Assembly (NCBI GenBank): GCA_900549855.1
Contig: URPS01000003.1
Location: 4,658 to 68,657, forward strand
Source of the DNA: an uncultured bacterium
Lineage (GTDB): Bacteria > Cyanobacteriota > Vampirovibrionia > Gastranaerophilales > Gastranaerophilaceae
Direction of reading: 5' to 3'
Length of the DNA stretch: 64,000 bases
The translations under genes were made by a program, and so were the position numbers. The notes under the pieces are model-generated. The model was not told where the DNA came from and made no database searches. It was given only the letters and a program-made list of their open reading frames with translations. This document shows, one piece after another, positions 1 through 9,254 of the stretch (within the stretch, counting starts at the first letter, position 1; each line of letters starts with the position of its first letter).

Positions 1-8
1 TTATATCT

Positions 9-692
9 GTGAGAAAAGATAGTGTAAGCGGCATTATGGACTTTGATACAAATTTAAAGGGATGTTTATGTTCTAAGCAATCATTAAATGGTAATGTTAA
101 ATTTATTGTTCATAATGGCAGAATGGGAACGTTTGGCAAATTAGAACATTTATTGTATGCACAAAATGTTATTGCTGATAACATGCTAAGAACATCTCTA
201 AGCGTAGTTACAAAAGCAATAACACTAAAAGATACCGGCTTATTCAAATATTTGCGTGGTGATATTTATATGAAAAACGGTATTGCGCAAGTAAAAATGC
301 TTCAATCGCAAGGTCCTTTGATGTCATTATTTGTTAAAGGTACTTATAATCCAGAAAATGACTATGCAAAACTTATTGTTCTAGGAAGACTTTCTGATGA
401 AGTAATGTCTGGTTTAGGCGCATTTGGAGATTTTTCATTAAATAAATTAATGGTAATGTTGACTGGTGAAGACAACAAATACAATGTAATGCCGCAAGAT
501 ATTGAAAATTTACCGCCATTGCCGATGAAAAATACAAAAGAATTTAGAAGTGTAATAAACGGTATTATTGATAAACCAAGTTCAGTTCTGTTATTTAACT
601 GGATTTCTTATACACAAAAATCATATAGACAAAAAGACGTACCTATGACTAATGTGAAGGTACCGGATTTTATTGATAGTTTGCCATATTAA
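9..692 (+). CDS. Hypothetical protein, probably 5'-truncated by the window edge (the reading frame is open upstream of the GTG at position 9).
   Basis: ORF track. No recognisable motif. The frame continues to position 1 without a stop. Confidence 0.35.
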   Translation: MRKDSVSGIMDFDTNLKGCLCSKQSLNGNVKFIVHNGRMGTFGKLEHLLYAQNVIADNMLRTSLSVVTKAITLKDTGLFKYLRGDIYMKNGIAQVKMLQSQGPLMSLFVKGTYNPENDYAKLIVLGRLSDEVMSGLGAFGDFSLNKLMVMLTGEDNKYNVMPQDIENLPPLPMKNTKEFRSVINGIIDKPSSVLLFNWISYTQKSYRQKDVPMTNVKVPDFIDSLPY

Positions 693-748
693 ATATAGTA
701 TGTTTATATGATTACAAGTCCACACATATTTAGATTATAATTAGAGTT

Positions 749-1360
749 ATGGAATTAATAAAAGTTGGTCAAAAATTAAATATATCCTTCCCTAAAGAGG
801 ATAAAATTGTTGAAATAACAGCAACAATTTCCGGAATATATGATGATAGATTAGTTATTGAATTGCCACAATATTTTATGAGGTATATTGAGTATCTTGA
901 GGTTGGTGAACCATTGACTATTAAAGTCTTTTCTAAAATAGGAACTGTTGATTTTAATACAATCGTTATATCTTCACCTTTAGAAGATGAATTCTCTGTA
1001 GAATTGGATTACAATGCAATGAAACTTACACCAACAGAAGAAATACCGATGGTTGAAGCTGTTGAGGTAATGAATGTGATATTTGGGGAACAAGTATTTA
1101 GAGTTAATACATTTGAAATTGCAACCAAATATGTAAAATTTTATAGTGATTATTCTTTTGAAGTCGGCGATGAAATTGAGTGCGGGTTAATTTTGCCTGA
1201 AAAATGTGGTATAATTAAATTCAAGGGTCAGATTTCATTTGTAGACCCTGTATATGATAATGAATTCACAGTATCATATACAATGATGACCGAAGAAGAT
1301 AGACAGACTTTGTTATACTATATGTATTTATATAGTAATGATGTAGATGATGGTAATTAG
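749..1360 (+). CDS. Hypothetical protein, beta-rich, acidic C-terminus. A PilZ-like fold cannot be excluded, but the RxxxR and DxSxxG motifs are not evident.
   Basis: ORF track. No diagnostic motif. Confidence 0.35.
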   Translation: MELIKVGQKLNISFPKEDKIVEITATISGIYDDRLVIELPQYFMRYIEYLEVGEPLTIKVFSKIGTVDFNTIVISSPLEDEFSVELDYNAMKLTPTEEIPMVEAVEVMNVIFGEQVFRVNTFEIATKYVKFYSDYSFEVGDEIECGLILPEKCGIIKFKGQISFVDPVYDNEFTVSYTMMTEEDRQTLLYYMYLYSNDVDDGN

Positions 1361-1365
1361 GATTC

Positions 1366-2964
1366 GTGATGAAAAAAATAACTGCAGAAGAAGAAATTAA
1401 AAATATAAAAAAATCAAAAAATAAAATGTTCGACCAAATTGAACGTTGTAGAATTGATTTACAAAAAGATCCGACAAATGCGTCTTTGCACGTTAGACTT
1501 GGAGATTTATACTTAAAATGGCACTTGGATATTTTTAATGCAGGACAATATATTGATGAAGCGATTACAGAGTATCAGCTTGCAATGGAATCTTTAATTG
1601 ACTCTTGTGAAATTTACTATAAATTAGGTGTTGCTTTTTATCATAAGGGTGACTTAGATAAAGCTATAAACTATTTTACGATGGCTTTGGAAAAGAAAAA
1701 CAACTACTATGATGCGTATTATATGTTAGCAGAAACATTTGTTAAGAAAGCACATTTTACGGATGCTATGGATGCGGCAGATGCTGCAATTCAGTGTGCA
1801 CCACTTAAATCTTCCAGCGCTCATTATTTGCTATGCAAATTATATGAGGCATCATCATTTAAAGATAATAGAACAAAAGCAAAAGCATTTTTAGAAAAAT
1901 GTGCATCCGCTCTTCTTGTTCCTTTTGATAGAAATGCTCAACTGAGCATAGTAAAGAATGTTTCTTATCTACGCTTTTTACCACTGTTTTTACAGGGTTT
2001 TTATGCTATTCAGGTGAAGGATTATGCTAAGGCAATTCAATTATATAAAAATGCAATAGAAACAGCTCCAGGATTTGCGCCACTCTATTGTGTATTAGGT
2101 GATATTTATCTTTCAACCGGATATTTTGAAGATGCTATTACAGAATATAAGATGGCAATTTGGCTAGACTCATTTAATATTGCTGCTTATAGACACCTCT
2201 GCAGAGCGTATGAAGAACAAGGTGATTATAACCAAGCTATTGATGTTTACAACAAATTAATTGCAATGGCGCCAAATATGCCTGATTTATATTCAAATTT
2301 GGCAAATATTTACTATATAAAAGGTGAATTTGACTTAGCAATTTCAAATTATCAAACCGCAATAACTTTGAATCCAAACAGAACTTGGACTAGCGTTATT
2401 GCGCAAACTATGGGATTTGTTTATCAAGAAAATAAATCTGATCCTGATGCTGCAATTTCTGCATATCAAACTGCATATGTACTAACTCCTGATGATATTG
2501 ATATATATGTAAACCTAGGTAGTGCATTTTATGACAAAGAAGATTATAATAATGCCCTTGCAGTTTACCGTCAAGCATTGGAGCTACAACCATATAACCC
2601 TAAAATTCATTGTAACTTAGGATTTTTATACTGGGGTAAAGGTGATACCGAAGAAGCTATTAAATCATATGAATTGGCTATTAAATATAATCAAAACTAT
2701 GATATAGCTTATAACAACCTTGGTGTAATTTATCTGGACGATTTAGGAAGGGTAAATAAATCTATTGAATTATTTAAAAAAGCGGTAGAAACAAATCCAA
2801 ACTATGCATTGGCATTCTTTAACCTTGCAAGAGCTACATCTATTGTTGGTGACAAGGTAGAAGCTGCAAAACTTTATCAAGCTGCGCAAGACATAAACAA
2901 GATTACGCAAGAAATTGATCCTCGTGATATTGCTGATAAAATAAGTGAGTTATTTGAATCTTAG
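1366..2964 (+). CDS. Tetratricopeptide (TPR) repeat protein.
   Basis: Repeated about-34-aa units with the G/Y/A/F/A/P TPR signature (for example 'YYKLGVAFYHKGDLDKAINYFTMALE', 'AYNNLGVIYLD', 'ALAFFNLARA'). Confidence 0.7.
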   Translation: MMKKITAEEEIKNIKKSKNKMFDQIERCRIDLQKDPTNASLHVRLGDLYLKWHLDIFNAGQYIDEAITEYQLAMESLIDSCEIYYKLGVAFYHKGDLDKAINYFTMALEKKNNYYDAYYMLAETFVKKAHFTDAMDAADAAIQCAPLKSSSAHYLLCKLYEASSFKDNRTKAKAFLEKCASALLVPFDRNAQLSIVKNVSYLRFLPLFLQGFYAIQVKDYAKAIQLYKNAIETAPGFAPLYCVLGDIYLSTGYFEDAITEYKMAIWLDSFNIAAYRHLCRAYEEQGDYNQAIDVYNKLIAMAPNMPDLYSNLANIYYIKGEFDLAISNYQTAITLNPNRTWTSVIAQTMGFVYQENKSDPDAAISAYQTAYVLTPDDIDIYVNLGSAFYDKEDYNNALAVYRQALELQPYNPKIHCNLGFLYWGKGDTEEAIKSYELAIKYNQNYDIAYNNLGVIYLDDLGRVNKSIELFKKAVETNPNYALAFFNLARATSIVGDKVEAAKLYQAAQDINKITQEIDPRDIADKISELFES

Positions 2965-3025
2965 AATTACCCCCTTTACCTTTTAAATTTAGAAGGGTAT
3001 AATATAAAAATATTGGAATATAAAA

Positions 3026-3910
3026 ATGACTGAAGAAGATAAAATCGGAATTTCCCATTTAATAGAAAAAGAATTAAATTCATCTGATAAGATATTAAAA
3101 CCGGATTTTAACCAAAAAACCGGAAGGGAATTACTTGCGTTCTATTTACAGTCAAAATTTAAACAAGTGTTAGCATATGACAATAAAGCTGCCGAACCTA
3201 TTTTTGTTGAGGTTCGGTATGATTTTATTCAGAAGTTTTCCAGAAGACTTATTCAAAATCCTGATAAGCGTATAATGATTGGTATTACCGGAGAATCTGC
3301 ATCTGGTAAATCAACTATTTGTAAAGAAATACAAAATGTAATTAAACGTTTTAATATGCCTGTAACTATCTTAACTACAGACAATTACTTCAATGATATT
3401 TCAGAATTAATTAAGGAATATGGTACTTTTGATAATTTGAGAGATAATGGCTATGATGTTGATTCACCAAACAGCTTTCAATTAGATGTTTTAAAAGAAG
3501 ATTTAGAAAAAATTTCTCTTGGTGAAGATGTTTATTCTCCTGAATATTTATTAAACGGTACAGGAGTATCTGTTCCTAAGTCAAAATTCGTTCCATCAAA
3601 TAAAATTGTTGTTGTAGAAGGTATGGCGTCAATGTTTGGTGATAACAAGGATATTTTTGATATAAAAGTATATGTTGAAACAGATTTGGAATTACGTAAA
3701 GAGCGTTTTATGACAAGAGCTTATACAGAGCGTAACCAAGATTTAGAGAATGCTAAAAAACACTGGGAATATATTCTTGGTGCGGGCGAAAAGTATGTAA
3801 AGCCTTTTAGAGCTGATGCAGATATTATTATTAATGGTGATACAAATTTAGCTTATTTCTCTCAAATTTTAGAATATATCCACACAATTACAAATAATTT
3901 TGAAGCTTAG
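3026..3910 (+). CDS. Uridine kinase / phosphoribulokinase-family nucleoside kinase with an about-85-aa N-terminal extension.
   Basis: P-loop 'IGITGESASGKST', then 'VVVEGMASMF', 'DIKVYVETDLELRKERFMTRAYTERN' and 'KPFRADADIIINGD'. All are collinear with the uridine kinase family. Confidence 0.6.
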   Translation: MTEEDKIGISHLIEKELNSSDKILKPDFNQKTGRELLAFYLQSKFKQVLAYDNKAAEPIFVEVRYDFIQKFSRRLIQNPDKRIMIGITGESASGKSTICKEIQNVIKRFNMPVTILTTDNYFNDISELIKEYGTFDNLRDNGYDVDSPNSFQLDVLKEDLEKISLGEDVYSPEYLLNGTGVSVPKSKFVPSNKIVVVEGMASMFGDNKDIFDIKVYVETDLELRKERFMTRAYTERNQDLENAKKHWEYILGAGEKYVKPFRADADIIINGDTNLAYFSQILEYIHTITNNFEA

Positions 3911-3942
3911 TGTTGCAAATATAGGGGTACTAAAGGAGGATT

Positions 3943-4401
3943 ATGGGACAAAACCTGTGTATAAATCCTGTAAATTTTAGAGCTAAAGAACATTATTTAT
4001 CAACTAAATCACAAAAGAATTTAGAATCATTGTTGACTAAGATGAACTCTGATATTGGCTTTATCAATGCCGGAAGTTGCTTTGGAGCATTTGTTCCTGA
4101 TTGTGTTCGTTTAAAACATAAAAATGCTCATTTTTTAGACAAGAGAAATTATGTAACCCCAGTAAAACCAGAGTTTCAATTAGAAAATGAATCATTACTT
4201 ATAATTGGCAAAACAGAGTTAAAATTTGATAATAAAAGTGGCAAAATCAATGCTACTAATAAATCTTTCTTTATGCCTTGGAGCTTGTTGCAACACAAAA
4301 TTGATAAAATATTAACAAGTTTTAGTGAAAATTATAATAATACAAAAATTGTATCTAAGCATTTCAAAAAAATAATTGGCAGCTTCATTAATGGTGATTA
4401 G
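3943..4401 (+). CDS. Hypothetical protein.
   Basis: ORF only. Follows the kinase gene on the same strand. Confidence 0.3.
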   Translation: MGQNLCINPVNFRAKEHYLSTKSQKNLESLLTKMNSDIGFINAGSCFGAFVPDCVRLKHKNAHFLDKRNYVTPVKPEFQLENESLLIIGKTELKFDNKSGKINATNKSFFMPWSLLQHKIDKILTSFSENYNNTKIVSKHFKKIIGSFINGD

Positions 4402-5647
4402 AGATATTCTTTGCCAAATATTTTGCAAGCCCTTCGCCCATAGAAAAACAAGAAGGGATTATCCTAAGCGCTGCTTGTGATTCAAAGTCAGCAGATATAC
4501 ATCTTCCAACAACAAAAAGCTTGTCATTTACTATAAGTGATTCTATTGGTAATTGATATTCTTGATAAACTTTTTCTAGTTTAGAAGAATTTTTTTTGTC
4601 CGAATGAATATCGATTGGATAATTCGATATTACAACCGGATTTTCAAACTTTTTGCCACTTCTCAAATCATTTTGCGTGTAAACATATTTACCCTTAACA
4701 CGGTTTGAAACACGTATGCCAAGAGTGTTTGCGATAGATGATATGTAAGCATTTTCAAAACCTTTTAGATATTTCTTACAGAAATTAGATAATCTTAAAA
4801 TGCTCTGACGCCCTTCTATATAAGCGTTTGAGCTTATATTTACTAAGCGAGGACAGTTAAACGCAATGGAATCGACAGTTCCAGCGACTGAAAATAGCTG
4901 AAAATAGTTAGAATCATCCTCTGTAATGACTTCATCCTTGATGGCAGCTTTAAACAAAGGCTCTAATGCCCATTTTACAGCACCATTATCCCAAGTATAA
5001 GCTGTTGATAAATAAGTCTTGCCATCTACTATACAGCTGGTAGTTACATTTCTATTTTTGTCAAATTTCATTATCCAATCAGAAAATTCTTTTACATCAA
5101 TTCCTGACATTATAAATCTTAAATTAATTGGCTGTGATTTTTTTTCTAAAAAATCACAATTTAATTTTTCACAAATTTTTGCATCGCCTGTTGCATCTAC
5201 AAGATATCTCGTTTCGATTGATGATAATAATTCTTTATAAGTGAAACAATTGTTATCATCTTCTACCGTAACGATATATGACGATAAATTTTCTTTTATT
5301 TTCTTTATACTAGCGTTAAATAAAATATCAACTCCAACGGATGTTAACATCTCATCCAAAACAATTTTTGTTAATTCCGGATTAAACCATCCTTTATTCC
5401 CGTCAGAATATGTTATAGCTCCACCGAGTACATGGAGTTTTTCATACAATATATCAAAAAAATCAGTATTTATAGCATTATCAGAAGTTTTCATAGCCGG
5501 AATAACAAGAGCTGAAGTGATTGAACCACCAAGAAATGTGTTTTTTTCAATTATCAGAACCTTTAAGCCTAATTTAGCAGCTGTGTAAGCGCAAGAACAA
5601 CCGGCAGTACCACCACCGACAACAATAATATCGTATTTATTCATCAT
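4388..5647 (-). CDS. FAD-dependent oxidoreductase (pfam12831-like dinucleotide-binding fold).
   Basis: N-terminus 'YDIIVVGGGTAGCSCAYTAAKLGLKVLIIEKNTFLGGSITS' is a GxGxxG Rossmann motif followed by the 'LGG' motif. Its start overlaps the stop of the upstream MnmC-like gene by 11 bp. Confidence 0.7.
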   Translation of the reverse strand: MMNKYDIIVVGGGTAGCSCAYTAAKLGLKVLIIEKNTFLGGSITSALVIPAMKTSDNAINTDFFDILYEKLHVLGGAITYSDGNKGWFNPELTKIVLDEMLTSVGVDILFNASIKKIKENLSSYIVTVEDDNNCFTYKELLSSIETRYLVDATGDAKICEKLNCDFLEKKSQPINLRFIMSGIDVKEFSDWIMKFDKNRNVTTSCIVDGKTYLSTAYTWDNGAVKWALEPLFKAAIKDEVITEDDSNYFQLFSVAGTVDSIAFNCPRLVNISSNAYIEGRQSILRLSNFCKKYLKGFENAYISSIANTLGIRVSNRVKGKYVYTQNDLRSGKKFENPVVISNYPIDIHSDKKNSSKLEKVYQEYQLPIESLIVNDKLFVVGRCISADFESQAALRIIPSCFSMGEGLAKYLAKNISNHH

Positions 5648-7070
5648 TTCTTAAACTCCTGATTTTCATATATTTTGAAGATGACATCAAATCACTATGC
5701 CTAAATTCATATTCTCTAAGCTCAATTATATCTTTGCTATCAAAAGATAAATTTGGATCGTGATACGGTATTCCGGCTTTTGTATTACATAAACCAATAT
5801 CATATGTACTTAGCGGATTTTTAATTTTAGATTTGTCCTTCGATGCTATTGTACCAATTACTTTATTAGTTTTATTATCTATAATTTTTCCAACATAAAA
5901 CTTATTTTCTAATAATGTATTTCTGACCTGAGCTGAATTAGAATAAGTTAAAAGCAAGCCGGATGGCGATATGCGTTTGTATAATTCGGCAATGAATTCG
6001 ATAGACCAAAGCTGCGGCGCTTTTGTATATGTAAAAGCGTCCAGGAATATTAAATCGTATTCGTTATTTAAGCTCAAAATGGTCTTGCGAGCATCTTTTA
6101 TGTGGAAATTCACGTTAAAAAGGCTCTGAGCTGTCTTAAATTTAACCTTTTTATACCGTTTCGATAAATGGTTATAATATATATTATGTAAGAAGGTTGA
6201 TAAACTATACTTAGATGACTTATTATACCCCCAAAATTGATTAAACTTTGCATAATTTAAGCAAGATTTATCAAAATATCTTCGATTTTTCTTATTAGTT
6301 AATATTTTTTTAAGCTCTTTATTCATGTATCGAAGTTTTTCTACTTCTTCTTTTGAATCACCATTTTCATTGTGTTCATTTTCTAACTTTTTATAATATT
6401 CGTACAAACTATTTAACAATATATAATTTACATAAGGGTTAATTTTGTATTCTTTTTCAATATGCATACTCTTAAACTTGAGTTCTAGTAGTTCAGTAAT
6501 TTCTTTCCTATTCTTAGGATAAAAACTTGATGCTACTTTTACAAAAAGTTTTTCTAAAGAAGAATACGTATCAAAACAAGATAAAATATTTGGAACTAAA
6601 CTTTCGTAAATTTCTTCCGGAGTTTTTAGTGTTTTGAAAAATGGCGATAATTTTACAAGTTCTTCATTGATATCTAAACAGTCAATGAGAATGCTTTTAT
6701 TACCATCTATCGTGTCGTTATATACTAATAATTCAATATTTTGTTTTGTGAATTTTTTGATACCTATCGAAACGATATTGTAGCATTTTGTAAATATTTT
6801 TTTGAAAATTTTTTTTATAAAATTTTCTTTTTTTCTTTTTAAATTATTAATGATAAAACTCATCAAAGCTTTTGTATTGTATCCAATTCCATAACAGATA
6901 TCTAAAACCTTCAATTCGTTTATATTATCTATTTCAATATTGGCGGGTAATATAAATTTTTCCCATGCTTCAGTTAGTGCACCAAATTTCGAATGATACA
7001 CATCTTTATCAGCATAAGAATATAGCCCTACTGAGCCATCTTCAGTAAAATACGGTTCATAATCCCTCAT
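5637..7070 (-). CDS. MnmC(m)/DUF752-type tRNA (mnm5s2U34) methyltransferase-domain protein with a large Lys-rich internal insertion.
   Basis: SAM motif I 'VLDICYGIGYNTKAL'. C-terminal block 'DLIFLDAFTYTKAPQLWSIEFIAELYKRISPSGLLLTYSNSAQVRNTLLENKFYVGK' is collinear with the E. coli MnmC N-terminal-domain motif 'DAWFLDGFAPAKNPDMW...PGG.LATFTSAGFVRRGL'. About 290 aa separate the two motifs, versus about 60-70 aa in canonical MnmC. Confidence 0.6.
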   Translation of the reverse strand: MRDYEPYFTEDGSVGLYSYADKDVYHSKFGALTEAWEKFILPANIEIDNINELKVLDICYGIGYNTKALMSFIINNLKRKKENFIKKIFKKIFTKCYNIVSIGIKKFTKQNIELLVYNDTIDGNKSILIDCLDINEELVKLSPFFKTLKTPEEIYESLVPNILSCFDTYSSLEKLFVKVASSFYPKNRKEITELLELKFKSMHIEKEYKINPYVNYILLNSLYEYYKKLENEHNENGDSKEEVEKLRYMNKELKKILTNKKNRRYFDKSCLNYAKFNQFWGYNKSSKYSLSTFLHNIYYNHLSKRYKKVKFKTAQSLFNVNFHIKDARKTILSLNNEYDLIFLDAFTYTKAPQLWSIEFIAELYKRISPSGLLLTYSNSAQVRNTLLENKFYVGKIIDNKTNKVIGTIASKDKSKIKNPLSTYDIGLCNTKAGIPYHDPNLSFDSKDIIELREYEFRHSDLMSSSKYMKIRSLRNDE

Positions 7071-7186
7071 AGCCTTTATTATACCTCAAAATGACTTTTT
7101 TGACTTTTTTGTTAATAAAAGTATATAATATATATAAGAAGTAATAAGACTTTCTCGTAATAACACTGTATATTATCAAGAGTGCT

Positions 7187-7216
7187 ACGTCATTGCGAGC
7201 GAGAGCGAAGCAATCC
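7187..7216. repeat. 30-bp GC-rich intergenic repeat 'ACGTCATTGCGAGCGAGAGCGAAGCAATCC', copy 1 of 3.
   Basis: Near-identical copies at 19981-20011 (reverse complement) and 34243-34272. Confidence 0.7.
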
Positions 7217-7261
7217 AATGATATCTTACAATTTATTACTCTAAGAATAGGGGATTGAAAT

Positions 7262-7930
7262 ATGAAAAAAATAGCTGGATTACTAGTTATACTTGCTTTA
7301 TCGGCGCAAATAACATTAGCCAAAACTTATCAACCTGTACCTTCCAATGTTAAAGTGCCTGCAAAATATACTCAAGAATATATAGACAGCATTTCAGAAG
7401 AGTACAAAGATGTTTCTGATGAACAAATTTTTCATGTTGCTTTGGATATGCTCAAAGGAACATCCGGAGATTTTTCAAGAAAAGCAATATTAGGTTATAA
7501 CGTAACACAATATCCGGTTAAAATTATGTTTAAAGATTTATCTGAAATAAATGAAGCCTACGCTACATTTGACGCTATTGGCTGGAAAAAAAGAGGACAT
7601 TTATATATCTACATAAATCCTAAACATGAATACGCTCCTCCAGGAGCTTTAGCTGCTCTTTTATCGCATGAAGCTATTCACCAAGACGAATATAATTCTT
7701 TGAGCGAAGAAACTTACGCTTGGACAATGGAAGCAGTAGTTTGGGCTGAAATATTAAAAAAATATCCGGAATCTAATAACTTGGAATCAGCACTTGTAAC
7801 TCGTGAAAATATCTTAAAACAGTTACTTGAAAAAGGAAATTATACTAATAAATACATCAAAAAAACTGTTTTTGCGAATGACGGCTATAAAAATTTACCG
7901 TTAACTTCTCCCGGATTTAATAATCAATAA
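7262..7930 (+). CDS. Secreted hypothetical protein with an HExxH motif; possible small zinc metallopeptidase-like protein.
   Basis: N-terminal signal peptide 'MKKIAGLLVILALSAQITLA'. 'LLSHEAIHQDE' gives HEAIH, and a downstream Glu-rich segment 'EETYAWTMEA' could supply a third ligand. Confidence 0.4.
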   Translation: MKKIAGLLVILALSAQITLAKTYQPVPSNVKVPAKYTQEYIDSISEEYKDVSDEQIFHVALDMLKGTSGDFSRKAILGYNVTQYPVKIMFKDLSEINEAYATFDAIGWKKRGHLYIYINPKHEYAPPGALAALLSHEAIHQDEYNSLSEETYAWTMEAVVWAEILKKYPESNNLESALVTRENILKQLLEKGNYTNKYIKKTVFANDGYKNLPLTSPGFNNQ

Positions 7931-7985
7931 ATAAATTATAATAATCATGTTCTATATTCTTTTGTCTATTGATTAAGCATTATCC

Positions 7986-9254
7986 TTGATGTTAAATTAT
8001 GATATGAGTAAAAAACAAGTATTAATATTTATAATGTCCGTTTTGATATTGGTAGTATTTAACAAGGTTTTCTTGTCAACATTTACCAAAACTAATGATT
8101 TTTTCACTAAACAATCAATGATTAATAGTGAAGAAGTTGCTCCGCAAAAGCTGTTTGACAGAACTTGGAGAATTATTAGTAAAGAGTACTATGAGCCAAC
8201 ACTAAATCATCAGAATTGGGCAAGATGGAAATATCATTATCAAGGCAAGATAAAAACAGATGAAGATGCAAGAGTGGCTATAGACACAATGATTGCCAGT
8301 CTAAATGAACCTTATACAAGATTTATGACAAAAAAAGACTATGAAGATTTAACAACTTCAATTACTTCAAAAATCTATGGTATCGGTGTAAATATTTATT
8401 CTAACGCAGGAAAAATTGAAATTTTCAATGTTATGCCGGCAACTCCGGCTGATTTTGCTCAGCTGAAGCAGGGCGATATAATTACTGCTGTAAATGGCAA
8501 AGATACTAATGGAATGAACGTTTCTGAAGTAGCTTCTCTTGTTAGAGGTCCGGAAAATAGTGTCGTTGAATTAACTATTTTGAGAAATAATAAGAAAATC
8601 ACCAAGAAAATAAAACGTAAAGAAATCAAAATCAAAACTGTAAGAAGCTCTATCGTTGATAATCATATTGGCTATATACAGATTTTAAGTTTCATGAGCG
8701 GTTCTACGCCTAATGAATTTGTAGACGCTCTTAATAATACAAAAAATACTGACTCCTTAATTCTTGATTTGAGAGGTAATACAGGTGGTTTATTAGATAA
8801 TGCAGTATTTATTGCTGATATTTTCTTACAAAAAGGTACTATTGTCGACATTATTTATAGAAATGGATACAAAAAATCTATCAGAGCTCAAGATGGAATT
8901 CAACCTATAGATAAGCCCGTTGTCGTGCTTGTTAACGGCGCAAGTGCTAGTGCTAGTGAAATACTTTCCGGAGCCCTAAAAGACTACCACAGAGCAACTT
9001 TAGTAGGGAAGAAAACTTTTGGAAAAGGACTTGTTCAAAAAGTTGTCCCTTTACCTAACCAAACCGGTGTAAATATTACTATAGCCAGATATTTAACTCC
9101 AAATGGAACTGATATCAATAAATTAGGAATCAAGCCTGACGTTGAAATAGGCAATGATTATGAAACAATTACAAATAATAAAAATGATGTACAGTTGGAA
9201 AAAGCGAAAGATATATTAAATGATAAAAACAGAACTAGAAGCCTTAAAAAATAA
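7986..9254 (+). CDS. ctpA: C-terminal processing peptidase (S41 family, Ctp/Prc-like) with a PDZ domain.
   Basis: PDZ 'LKQGDIITAVNGKDTNGMNVSEVASLVRG'. S41 core 'LILDLRGNTGGLLDNAV' and 'VVLVNGASASASEILSGALKDYHRATLVGKKTFGKG'. Confidence 0.8.
   Translation: MMLNYDMSKKQVLIFIMSVLILVVFNKVFLSTFTKTNDFFTKQSMINSEEVAPQKLFDRTWRIISKEYYEPTLNHQNWARWKYHYQGKIKTDEDARVAIDTMIASLNEPYTRFMTKKDYEDLTTSITSKIYGIGVNIYSNAGKIEIFNVMPATPADFAQLKQGDIITAVNGKDTNGMNVSEVASLVRGPENSVVELTILRNNKKITKKIKRKEIKIKTVRSSIVDNHIGYIQILSFMSGSTPNEFVDALNNTKNTDSLILDLRGNTGGLLDNAVFIADIFLQKGTIVDIIYRNGYKKSIRAQDGIQPIDKPVVVLVNGASASASEILSGALKDYHRATLVGKKTFGKGLVQKVVPLPNQTGVNITIARYLTPNGTDINKLGIKPDVEIGNDYETITNNKNDVQLEKAKDILNDKNRTRSLKK

Noticed and set aside
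749-1360. Possible PilZ-domain protein.
   Set aside because: Beta-rich and of similar size to PilZ domains, but neither RxxxR nor DxSxxG is present. Left as hypothetical.
2408-2593. 61-aa minus-strand ORF inside the TPR gene.
   Set aside because: It is fully embedded antisense in a well-supported longer CDS, so it is a typical spurious ORF.
5019-5588. Two plus-strand ORFs (73 and 115 aa) antisense to the FAD oxidoreductase gene.
   Set aside because: Embedded antisense in a CDS with clear motifs. No independent support.
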